64,000 bases of DNA from Spirochaetia bacterium (GTDB lineage Bacteria; Spirochaetota; Spirochaetia; DSM-16054; Sediminispirochaetaceae): NCBI GenBank assembly GCA_034520965.1, contig JAXHMY010000001.1, forward strand, positions 992,001 through 1,056,000, written 5' to 3'. Within the stretch, counting starts at the first letter, position 1. Each line of letters starts with the position of its first letter. A program made the translations under genes and the position numbers. Positions 28,624-37,045 of this stretch are shown here, piece by piece. Under the pieces are notes generated by a model, which worked only from the letters and a program-made list of their open reading frames with translations, had not been told where the DNA came from and made no database searches.

Positions 28624-30108
28624 TTACATTTTTTTCCTGATTACATCTGCAGCAATTTTCCCGGACAATACTGCTAATGGCATACCACCTCCGGGGTGCA
28701 CACTGCCGCCGCAGAAATAGAGACCCCTGCAACGGCGGCTGCGGGCCGGGTGGCGTAAGAAGGCGGCGGTTTTGGTGTTCGAACTGATGCCGTAAAGGCT
28801 GCCGTAGTAGCTGCCCGTCTCTTCTTCAATTTGCGCCGGAGTCAGCACCTCCTCTACCGCAATATCATCGGCCACCGAGCGGCCGAGGGCCTGCTCAAGC
28901 CGAACCAAGACCCGCTCCCGGGTTCGGGCTGTTTCACTTTCCCAGTCCTGCCCGTTGTTGCGGGGAGCATTCACCAGCACGAACCAGTTTTCGCCCCCCG
29001 CCGGTGCATCCCCCGGGGCCAGCTTACTGGTGATGTTCACATACACCGTAGGGTCATCCGGACAGCGCAGCTCAGAAAAAAGGGACTTAAACTCCGCCGG
29101 ATAATCCCGGGAAAAGAAAATATTGTTCACCGTCAGTTCGGGGTAGCTGCTCTTCATTCCCCAGAAAAATACCAAGCCGCTCGAAGAGGCTTCCAGCTGC
29201 CGGTAACGCCGCGCGTAGGGCGCCTCCGGATCCTGCAGCAGCACTTCATAGGTTCGGCGGGCATCAATATTGCTCAGGACTATGTCCGCCGGCAGCTCGC
29301 CGGCGGCTGTAACCACCCCGGTGGCGCGTCCATTCTGCACACTGATACTCTCTATCGGCTGCTCAAAATGAAACTCAACCCCCAGCTCCTCCGCCAGTGC
29401 CCGCATCGCCCGGGGCAGGGCGTAAATACCGGTTTTAGAGGCATAGGCCCCCATATTATACTCGACATGAGGAATTATGTTGAGGGTGGCCGGAACCTGA
29501 TACGGATCGGACCCGTTATAGGTGGCGTAGCGGTTAAAGAACTGCTGCATCCGCGGGTCATGGAAAAAACTGCGGATCGCCGTATCCATCGACCGGCGGG
29601 CATCCAGCTTTCCCCGACTGAGAAGCCCCTTCCAGACCTTTGGACTAAGATAGGTACCCACCTCGTGAAGGCTGTGCATTAGAAACAGTTCGGCGGTTTT
29701 CTTATATATTCCACGGCTGTATTTTAAGAAGCGCCCCACACTCTCGGCGGAATCATCAGTTTTAGCGGCAACCTCACGGGCAAAGTCCTCGGGGTTGCCG
29801 CGGGAGGCCAACTCGGTCCCGTCGGGGAAAAAATAGGAACATACCGTATCGAGCTGTTCAAACTGCACGTAATCCTCCAGCCGCCGGCCGACAGACTCAA
29901 AGAGTTCTGCAAATACCTCCCGCATAGTGATCAATGATGGACCACGGTCAAAGCGGTACCCCCCAAGCTCCAGCGAACCGGCCTTGCCTCCGGCATAGGA
30001 CTGCTGCTCGTACACATCTACCTTCCAGCCCTGGGCAGCCAGCCGGATAGCGGCGGATAAGCCGCCGAAGCCGGCCCCGATAATTGCAATTCTCTTACCC
30101 TTTCTCAT
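28624..30108 (-). CDS. Phytoene desaturase-family oxidoreductase, probably CrtD-type 1-hydroxycarotenoid 3,4-desaturase
   Basis: GAGFGGL FAD motif, FDRGPSLITM, FNRYATYNGSDPY..LNIIPHVE (CrtD-like from recall), GGSVHPGGGMP; adjacent to cruF. Confidence 0.8.
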   Translation of the reverse strand: MRKGKRIAIIGAGFGGLSAAIRLAAQGWKVDVYEQQSYAGGKAGSLELGGYRFDRGPSLITMREVFAELFESVGRRLEDYVQFEQLDTVCSYFFPDGTELASRGNPEDFAREVAAKTDDSAESVGRFLKYSRGIYKKTAELFLMHSLHEVGTYLSPKVWKGLLSRGKLDARRSMDTAIRSFFHDPRMQQFFNRYATYNGSDPYQVPATLNIIPHVEYNMGAYASKTGIYALPRAMRALAEELGVEFHFEQPIESISVQNGRATGVVTAAGELPADIVLSNIDARRTYEVLLQDPEAPYARRYRQLEASSSGLVFFWGMKSSYPELTVNNIFFSRDYPAEFKSLFSELRCPDDPTVYVNITSKLAPGDAPAGGENWFVLVNAPRNNGQDWESETARTRERVLVRLEQALGRSVADDIAVEEVLTPAQIEEETGSYYGSLYGISSNTKTAAFLRHPARSRRCRGLYFCGGSVHPGGGMPLAVLSGKIAADVIRKKM

Positions 30109-30121
30109 ACTAAATCCCTTG

Positions 30122-31051
30122 TTATTTCCCTTGCGGAAGGGCAGCCCTGCCGGCCCGCCCCGCGGTAATCGGTGCGGCTACACTGTTATACAAAGCCTGC
30201 AGGATAATGCGCAGTTTCCGAGGTTTCACCTGTCCCTCGTATACCACCATAGGGTTGCGCTCAATCTGCTTGGCAGTCCAGATGTACATATCGGCGGCGG
30301 TTTTTATGGGCAGCAGATAGCGGTAGGGGATGAACCGGTAGCCCCTTTCAGCCTCCCGCTGCCAGCCCATATACAAGCCGATTTGTGCGCTATGGAACCT
30401 GCGGAATTCCGCAATATGCTGCTTTACATAGTCATACTCAAGACTGGTAAGAGCCGTATCGGTGAGGGGCAGGTATCTTCTGCCAAGCCCATTATCCTCT
30501 TTAATATCCCGGATAAAATTGATGTACTGCATAGCCCTCCCCAGCATCCTGGCGGCGTGCTGTGCCTCAGGGGGAAGCTGTAATATTTTTGACATATACA
30601 AACCGATTACCTCGGCCGAGCCGTAGATATATTCCAGGCTCTCCTGGAGGCTGTTGTACTCTTTTTTAAATAGGTCCTTTTCCATAGAACCGAGAAAGGC
30701 CTCGGTCCAGGCCGGGTCGAAGCCCCTCCGCCGATGCAGCTCTACAAAGCGGTCAATAATCGGATCGCCTGTGGGGCCGCCGCTAGGGCCGCCCGACTGC
30801 TCTGCCTGCACCGGCTCCGGCGCGGACGCCGGAGCCTCCGTCTGCGCAAGGGCCCGCCGATAGGAGTCGCAGAAGCGGTAAAACCCGTCATGGTCCTGGG
30901 GCAGCTCATCCACAAAGTTGTCCGCCCTGCGCACAAAGGCGTACAGATAAAAGACATCCCGCCGTACCTCCGCCGGAAAAAACCGGCTGCTGTTAAAATA
31001 GGTTTTGCTGCCGGATTTAAATGTCTGATAGTGTACTTCTTCGATTTTCAT
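30122..31051 (-). CDS. crtB: Phytoene synthase
   Basis: SKTYFNSSRFF, LYAFVRRADNFVD, YIYGSAEVIG, LGRAMQYINFIRDIKED..LGRRYLP. Confidence 0.93.
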   Translation of the reverse strand: MKIEEVHYQTFKSGSKTYFNSSRFFPAEVRRDVFYLYAFVRRADNFVDELPQDHDGFYRFCDSYRRALAQTEAPASAPEPVQAEQSGGPSGGPTGDPIIDRFVELHRRRGFDPAWTEAFLGSMEKDLFKKEYNSLQESLEYIYGSAEVIGLYMSKILQLPPEAQHAARMLGRAMQYINFIRDIKEDNGLGRRYLPLTDTALTSLEYDYVKQHIAEFRRFHSAQIGLYMGWQREAERGYRFIPYRYLLPIKTAADMYIWTAKQIERNPMVVYEGQVKPRKLRIILQALYNSVAAPITAGRAGRAALPQGK

Positions 31052-31057
31052 AATCCG

Positions 31058-31085
31058 ATCATATACATTCTGATTTATTTGTCAA
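31058..31085 (-). promoter_or_regulatory. Leaderless-type sigma70 promoter of the crtB operon
   Basis: TTGACA-16-TATGAT-6 nt-ATG; no SD sequence. Confidence 0.7.
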
Positions 31086-31124
31086 TTTACCGGCGAGCCG
31101 GTATTTTCTGGATGGTCGTGCTTT

Positions 31125-31496
31125 CTACAGAATCGAAATATTATATTTTGGAATTATAGTATCCTTTGTAATTAGTGTAAGGCCTTCTACCTGCGCTTGT
31201 GCGATTAACAATCGGTCGAAAGGATCACGATGGATATCAGGAAGTGCTCCTACTTGATATGCATGGTCATGAGTGATGGGTAGTTGAATGAATGGTTCCT
31301 GATACGCTTTTTCATACCAGTTCTTAGGAATTGATAGTTTTCCCAGGCCGGTTTTTATTGTGATTTCCCATATAACCACTGCACTAAGGTAAACATCATT
31401 ATGCGGATGTGCGATTTCTACTCTCAAATGCTCATCCAAAAGATCCGAATCATCCATCCACCACAAGAAAGCGTGGGTATCTAAAAGCAGTCTCAT
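31125..31496 (-). CDS. vapC: VapC/PIN-domain toxin
   Basis: LLLDTHAFLW, SAVVIWEITIK, HRDPFDRLLIAQA. Confidence 0.94.
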   Translation of the reverse strand: MRLLLDTHAFLWWMDDSDLLDEHLRVEIAHPHNDVYLSAVVIWEITIKTGLGKLSIPKNWYEKAYQEPFIQLPITHDHAYQVGALPDIHRDPFDRLLIAQAQVEGLTLITKDTIIPKYNISIL

Positions 31497-31742
31497 TTAC
31501 GAACTCTTTTCTTCGATACCGAACTCAGAAGCAAAATCGGCAGGCAATTCATCAAAATCCTCATGGATATTAATCTGTCCCTTTAGACTGCCGGGGACAC
31601 GAGGTTCGCGGTCTTGTCTATAAGGGATAATCTTGGCAATGGGTTTTCCCGCCCGTCCTAGAATGATCTCTTCTCCCTCCACTACTCGCTGTAAGAGTGA
31701 TGATAGATGAGCTTTTGCCTCAGTTATAGTTCGCACTTCCAT
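31497..31742 (-). CDS. Phd/YefM-family antitoxin
   Basis: TITEAKAHLSSLL..V..GEEIIL.RAGKPIAKI; directly upstream of the toxin. Promoter TTGACT(31818-31813)-17-TAGTAT(31795-31790). Confidence 0.93.
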   Translation of the reverse strand: MEVRTITEAKAHLSSLLQRVVEGEEIILGRAGKPIAKIIPYRQDREPRVPGSLKGQINIHEDFDELPADFASEFGIEEKSS

Positions 31743-31820
31743 GTAACCTCCATATTGCAGAACAGACTAGACCAGGTCAGACCATATTAATACTATGCAA
31801 AAAAATCGCTGTAGTCAAGA

Positions 31821-31947
31821 CGCGGCCTCCAAACGTTGAGTTATCTAAAAATTTGCAAAAAAATTGATGCGAATTCTACATTTGGAAGACTTTTGACTTC
31901 CAAATGTAGAATCGCTGTAGTCAAGACAGCTATTCTCAGAATTGCTG
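31821..31947. mobile_element. Internally deleted MITE copy plus adjacent collapsed mini-copy
   Basis: Spacer and hairpin ATTCTACATTTGGAAG...CTTCCAAATGTAGAATCGCTG ending at 31917, flanked by TAGTCAAGA (31812-31820 and 31918-31926), followed by CAGCTATTCT-C-AGAATTGCTG (31927-31947). Confidence 0.82.
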
Positions 31948-32412
31948 CAGTATTCTCTGCAGGCGCGGGCGGTTGAATCGCTGGGCCAGCAGGCAGGGAA
32001 GGTTGATTGCCAGCCCAAAGGGAATCATCCACACCGCCACCTGGGGCGGGTTCCATATGAAAAACAGGGGAATCAGCGCGATAATCACCCAATGCACCAG
32101 CTCGGCCCGGCAGGTCTCCAGAATAAAGCGTTTCAGATACAGCTCATCCACCCCATGGATACTCACCCGTTTCTTGTGAAAACCATCCGGGAAGATACCT
32201 GCTCCGTCGGGCAGCAGCTCTTTCCAGCGTTTTATTCCAAGGGACATATACACCCGGCCTCCCCGCTCCCACGGACGGGACCGATACAAAAAGCCATTCT
32301 CCCGAAACAGCCGCAGGGGCAGCTTCTGAATGACCGCTCCGGGTATAAATATCGCTAAAAACCAGGCAATGGAATTTAGCACAATAATCCACAGCAGTTC
32401 ATTTCCTATCAT
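31936..32412 (-). CDS. CrtO-like glycosyl-carotenoid acyltransferase
   Basis: WERGGRVY..LGIKRWKELLPDGA, FILETCRAELVHW, NLPC..QRFNRPRL. Confidence 0.85.
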   Translation of the reverse strand: MIGNELLWIIVLNSIAWFLAIFIPGAVIQKLPLRLFRENGFLYRSRPWERGGRVYMSLGIKRWKELLPDGAGIFPDGFHKKRVSIHGVDELYLKRFILETCRAELVHWVIIALIPLFFIWNPPQVAVWMIPFGLAINLPCLLAQRFNRPRLQRILQQF

Positions 32413-33611
32413 TTTTGTGCCTTTCGTTTCTTTACTTTTTTTTTAGCCCGCTCAATCTTAATGCTGCGGCCCTTCCAGGAGACACTGCCGAACAAGCGGG
32501 TTCTGATAATCGAATATACAAACACTCCCACAAAAAACAGAAACTCCAGCGGAAACAGCAGCGCCGAGAGCAGGGAGAAGCTGCCCACCCGCCGCAGCTG
32601 CACCCACACCTGGGCGGTATACAGCCCGTAGACCGCCACCACAAGCACTGCCGACCACCAAGTCCCGGCGGTCGACAACGCTCCAAGGGCAGTGGAAGCC
32701 CCGCCTACGGCTAAAGCCCACACGGCAAGGCTTACATTACTGATGCCGGTAAACCAGATCACCAATAGCAGGATACTGCGCAGCTTCGACAGGGAGGCAC
32801 CCATGGCCATGTTCTTGGTCCAGCCCTCCACCAGGCTGGCCGGGCCGCCGGGATACATACGAAAGGAAATTACCCCCCGCCCGCCAAAGCAGTGCACCCC
32901 CAGCCCCCGGCGCCGGTACAGCCCGCACAAAGCCAGGTCGTCCACCACCTGCCCGCGAACCGCCCCATGGCCGCCCACCGCCTCGTAGTCCCGCCGGTCG
33001 GTCAAAATGCAGGGGCCGAAGCAGCCGTCGGCCAGCCCCGGCTTACTCCAAAAGTCAAAAGCCCCGGAGCCGACCATTACTATCAAATTAAAAAAACCGC
33101 TCAGCTGCTCATACAGCTTGTGTACCCGATGATACGGCTGCACCGACAACATGCCCCCCCGCTCCAGCTGCTCGGAGGCCAGCTGCTCCAGGGCATCCGG
33201 CGCCTCCAGTCGGGTATCGGCATCGAGAAACAGAATCCGCCGTCCCCGCGCCTGCACAACCCCGCAACGGCAACTCCAGTTCTTTCCCGTCCAGCCCTCC
33301 GGCCGCTGCTCCGCCGCAACCACCCGCACCCCCGCCGCCGCATAGCCCCGGGCAATCTCGGCCGTGGCGTCAGTAGACTGGTCGTCCACCACTATAACTT
33401 CCCCCGGCCGGCTCCACTGCCCCACTATCGACTCCAGCAGTACCCCGATATTTCCTGCCTCGTTCCGCGCGGGTATCACAATCGACACATCCTCCGCCCC
33501 CCGGCCGCCCCGGTTCACCGGTGGAATTCGCCACAACAGCAGAAAGCCGGCTATCCAATAGACAATTGCCGACCAAGAAAATAACTGCTGCAATGATGCG
33601 AAATATTCCAT
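32409..33611 (-). CDS. GT2 glycosyltransferase, CrtQ/CruC-like carotenoid glucosyltransferase
   Basis: SIVIPARNE, VVDDQSTD, PEGWTGKNW, FLDADT, VVDDLAL, FRMYPGG, GWTKN; C-terminal WKGR. Confidence 0.88.
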   Translation of the reverse strand: MEYFASLQQLFSWSAIVYWIAGFLLLWRIPPVNRGGRGAEDVSIVIPARNEAGNIGVLLESIVGQWSRPGEVIVVDDQSTDATAEIARGYAAAGVRVVAAEQRPEGWTGKNWSCRCGVVQARGRRILFLDADTRLEAPDALEQLASEQLERGGMLSVQPYHRVHKLYEQLSGFFNLIVMVGSGAFDFWSKPGLADGCFGPCILTDRRDYEAVGGHGAVRGQVVDDLALCGLYRRRGLGVHCFGGRGVISFRMYPGGPASLVEGWTKNMAMGASLSKLRSILLLVIWFTGISNVSLAVWALAVGGASTALGALSTAGTWWSAVLVVAVYGLYTAQVWVQLRRVGSFSLLSALLFPLEFLFFVGVFVYSIIRTRLFGSVSWKGRSIKIERAKKKVKKRKAQK

Positions 33612-33642
33612 AATTATTTATACTATGCCATGGGAGACCTAT

Positions 33643-34350
33643 ATGCAAAAGATATCACTGTTTTTCATTTTTCTTTTTATGCAAATGCTCTTAATGAGCC
33701 CTGTGCTGTTTTCCCAAAGCAGCCCGGGCATCCCGCAAGTAAACCATCGATACTGCCTTACTTATCTGTTGGCTCCGGATGAGCAGCCCCTGGAGCGGGA
33801 GATAGAACGCCTCGAGGCGGCCATCGAAAAAGTCTCCCCGGAGCTTGCGCCGGAAGAGCTCGACCACCTTAGATACGCCGCCGGGGTCCTGCACAGCTAC
33901 CGCTACATCCGGCTGGAAGAAAAGCAGGACGCCTACCGAGCTGTTGAGCTGTTAGAGGCGACGGAGGAACGCTTTGCCCGGCGGAACCTGTTTACGGTGC
34001 ATCTGGGAATGGCCCACGCCTTCGTGGCCAGTATAAGAACCATCTTTGGGGTATCCAACCTCAAAACCATGGAAGAGCAGCTGCAGTCGATCCCGGAGAA
34101 CCACTCGGACTGGCTGATTCGCTTCCTGCGCGGAACCACCTCGCTGCAGGTCGGCCGGGCCCTCCCCGGAGTCTTCACCATCAAAGATATCAAGGAGAAG
34201 GCCGTACAGGTCGGCAGTGAGGATCTGCGCTATGTCCTGGAGGTCTACCGGCAGGAAGGGGTTCCCGGTTTCGATCCGGAGAGCTACGACTTCAGCCGCA
34301 TGCCGGTTCCCCGGCCAATAGCCGAGAAAGCCCGCAGCGTACTGAATTAG
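33643..34350 (+). CDS. Hypothetical exported protein
   Basis: Signal-peptide-like N-terminus after a GGAG RBS; helical composition. Confidence 0.75.
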   Translation: MQKISLFFIFLFMQMLLMSPVLFSQSSPGIPQVNHRYCLTYLLAPDEQPLEREIERLEAAIEKVSPELAPEELDHLRYAAGVLHSYRYIRLEEKQDAYRAVELLEATEERFARRNLFTVHLGMAHAFVASIRTIFGVSNLKTMEEQLQSIPENHSDWLIRFLRGTTSLQVGRALPGVFTIKDIKEKAVQVGSEDLRYVLEVYRQEGVPGFDPESYDFSRMPVPRPIAEKARSVLN

Positions 34351-34357
34351 GCAACTG

Positions 34358-36013
34358 TTACTTCCACTCCAGCACGCTGGAGTCATAGTCCTCGGGGGGC
34401 TGATACCCAAGCAGTTCAATGCAGGTAGCGGCCAGCGATGAAATTCCCAGTCCGCTGCGCAGGGTTTTTGTGTACTCCCCCTTGTACTGTGGATCGTACA
34501 CAATACAGGGAACCGGGTTCAGGGAGTGGCTGGTTTTAGCCTCGGGCTTGCCGTTGGCCTTTATCTTGATATTTCCGCTTTTGTCACGGGCATACATGTC
34601 GTCGGAGTTGCCGTGGTCGGCACTCACCACCATCACGCCCCCCGCCTTTTCTACCGCGGTTTTAATGCGGGCCAGGGAAAGGTCCAGGGCCGACATAGCA
34701 CAGAGCACCGCCTCGTAAATACCGGTATGTCCAACCATATCGCCATTGGGGTAGTTAAACTTTATAAACTCATATTCCCCGCTGTTGATAGCCTCAATCA
34801 CCTTATCGGTCACTTCGGCCGCTTTCATCCAGGGACGCTGTTCAAAGGGCACATTATCCGACTTCACCTCTTCGTAGATCTCCAGTTCGTCACTAAACTT
34901 GCCGGAGCGGTTGCCGTTGAAAAAGTAGGTTACATGGCCAAACTTCTGTGTCTCGCTTACCGAATACTGCCTTACCCCACTGTTCACCAGGTACTCGGCC
35001 ATGGTCCGCTCGATGGAAGGGGGCGGCACCAAAAACTGCTTCGGGATATGCAGGTCCCCGTCATACTCCATAATTCCGGCGTACTCCACCTTCGGCATGC
35101 GCTTACGGTCAAACCTGTCGAACTCATCCCCCGCCTCAAAGGCTTGGGTAATTTCCAGGGCCCGGTCGCCGCGAAAGTTAAACAGAATAAAACTGTCCCC
35201 GTCTTCGACGGTTCCTACCGGCTTGCCGTCTTCTCCGGCAATTACAAAGGGGGGCAGGTCCTGGTCAATCGCTTCAGTCTCCTTGCGCAGGGTTTCAATC
35301 GCCTCGTGGGTACTGGAAAAACTGCGCCCCTCTCCCAGCACATGGGTCTCCCAGCCCCGCTTAACCATATCCCAGTTGGCGTTGTAACGGTCCATAGTTA
35401 TCTGCATCCGTCCGCCTCCGGAGGCGATCCGGGCATCGAAGGAATCGTCGGAAACCTCCTGCAGGAACTCCTCAAAGGGGTCGAAATACTCAAGCGCCGA
35501 GGTCTCACCCACATCCCTGCCGTCCAACAGGCCGTGGATCCGTACCCGGGCCACTCCCTCCTGTTTGGTCCGGCTCACAAGGGCCTTCAGATGATCAAGA
35601 TTGGAGTGCACATTCCCGTCCGACATCAGACCCAGAAAATGCATTGTCCCCTTCGCCTCTTTTACCTTGGCTACCAGCTTTTTCCACACTTCGCCGTCGA
35701 AAATTGACCCGTCCTTAATAGCCTGGTTTACCCGTTTGGCTCCCTGGGCGTAGACACGACCGCAGCCGATGGCATTATGACCGACCTCGCTATTGCCCAT
35801 ATCACCGTCGTCGGGCAGGCCCACTGCGGTTCCATGGGCCTTCAGACTGGTGGTTGGCCAGTTTTCTTTCAGCTCATCGAGGGTCTCTGTGCGGGCCTCG
35901 GCAGCCCCGTCGCCCTCTTTATATTTCCCAATTCCAACACCATCCATAATCGCCAGCACAACCGGCCCGCGACGGGCTGTAAAGTTTGTCTTCTTTTTTA
36001 GTGGTTCTTTCAT
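34358..36013 (-). CDS. gpmI: 2,3-bisphosphoglycerate-independent phosphoglycerate mutase
   Basis: IMDGVG, MGNSEVGHN, SDGNVHS, DGRD, NFRGDR, ETQKFGHVTYFFNG, DMVGHTG, ADHGN. Confidence 0.97.
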   Translation of the reverse strand: MKEPLKKKTNFTARRGPVVLAIMDGVGIGKYKEGDGAAEARTETLDELKENWPTTSLKAHGTAVGLPDDGDMGNSEVGHNAIGCGRVYAQGAKRVNQAIKDGSIFDGEVWKKLVAKVKEAKGTMHFLGLMSDGNVHSNLDHLKALVSRTKQEGVARVRIHGLLDGRDVGETSALEYFDPFEEFLQEVSDDSFDARIASGGGRMQITMDRYNANWDMVKRGWETHVLGEGRSFSSTHEAIETLRKETEAIDQDLPPFVIAGEDGKPVGTVEDGDSFILFNFRGDRALEITQAFEAGDEFDRFDRKRMPKVEYAGIMEYDGDLHIPKQFLVPPPSIERTMAEYLVNSGVRQYSVSETQKFGHVTYFFNGNRSGKFSDELEIYEEVKSDNVPFEQRPWMKAAEVTDKVIEAINSGEYEFIKFNYPNGDMVGHTGIYEAVLCAMSALDLSLARIKTAVEKAGGVMVVSADHGNSDDMYARDKSGNIKIKANGKPEAKTSHSLNPVPCIVYDPQYKGEYTKTLRSGLGISSLAATCIELLGYQPPEDYDSSVLEWK

Positions 36014-36025
36014 ACTCTTCTCCTC

Positions 36026-36955
36026 TTATTTCAGGTAATCCTGTGAAAGTCCGAACCGCTCACGCTGCTCCTCGTTTCCGACAGGTTCAACATGCACATG
36101 TACATCATACACATTTTTTACATCCGAATGAATCCTATGCTGGACATCCATAGCAATCCGGTGGCCATCGGCCACACTGAGTCCTCCGTCAACTTCAATA
36201 TCCATATCGATCACATAACGGGTATTCATCTTCCTGATACGCATTTTGTGGGGGTTCTCTACCCCCTCCACCGCCAGGGCGGCGCGGCATACCTCCCGGT
36301 ACACATCACGATCATCCAACCCGTCCATCAGCTCCACATTGGTCTGCATGAAAATACCGTAGGCCACCCACATAATCCACAGCCCCACCGCTAAGCCCAG
36401 AAGGGTATCTACAATAGGCATGTGCAGCCTGATTGTAAAAAAAATCCCCAGCAGCGCAGCGCCGGAAATAAACACATCCATCTTCATGTTTTTCGCATCT
36501 GCAATCAGCATCGAGCTCTGCGCCTTCTTGCCGGCCCGCCCCTTCACCAGGGCCAGAATAATCTTGCCGACAATTGCTCCCAGGGCAACGAACATGGTAA
36601 GCGGAGAGGGGACAGTCCGGGGCTGCCCCGAAAGGAGATGCTGCACGGTAGAAAGGACCAGCTGGGCGCCCGCAAAAAAGATAATAAATGAAAGCAGTTT
36701 TGTTGCAATCGTTTCGGCCCGGCCGTGTCCGTAGGGGTGCTCCTCGTCCGGGGGGCGGTCGATTATTCTGCCGGTCAACAGAGTAACCAGGGAGGTAACT
36801 ACATCGCTTACCGTATCGATACCGGCACCAATCAAAACCAGCGAGTTGCCCCACAGTCCAACGCTAATTTTGAAGACGGCCATAATTCCATTGCCGATAA
36901 TACCAATCCACGATGCCCGGGCAATTATTTTAGAACGTGAGGTTTCTGCTTTCAT
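36026..36955 (-). CDS. Cation diffusion facilitator (FieF-like) transporter
   Basis: PPDEEHPYGHGRAE, MLIADA...D, C-terminal dimerisation domain ending VHVHVEP. Confidence 0.92.
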   Translation of the reverse strand: MKAETSRSKIIARASWIGIIGNGIMAVFKISVGLWGNSLVLIGAGIDTVSDVVTSLVTLLTGRIIDRPPDEEHPYGHGRAETIATKLLSFIIFFAGAQLVLSTVQHLLSGQPRTVPSPLTMFVALGAIVGKIILALVKGRAGKKAQSSMLIADAKNMKMDVFISGAALLGIFFTIRLHMPIVDTLLGLAVGLWIMWVAYGIFMQTNVELMDGLDDRDVYREVCRAALAVEGVENPHKMRIRKMNTRYVIDMDIEVDGGLSVADGHRIAMDVQHRIHSDVKNVYDVHVHVEPVGNEEQRERFGLSQDYLK

Positions 36956-37014
36956 ACCTGTAAATGTACTGATTCACACCGTTTTTGGGAACCAAAACTA
37001 GCGGATATTAAGCA

Positions 37015-37045
37015 GTTTCGGTTGCCGCGAAGGGGCATGCGAAAT
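37015..37045. repeat. REP-like repeat (second family), copy 2
   Basis: GTTTCGGTTGCCGCGAAGGGGCATGCGAAAT, near-identical to 24940-24970, abutting the stop codon of the GGDEF-EAL gene. Confidence 0.7.

Noticed and set aside
34526..35707. Long antisense ORFs (393 aa here; also 52628-53716, 28831-29682, 12148-12984, 7210-7908)
   Set aside because: They lie opposite well-supported genes, have no recognisable motifs, and are expected from codon bias in GC-rich coding DNA.
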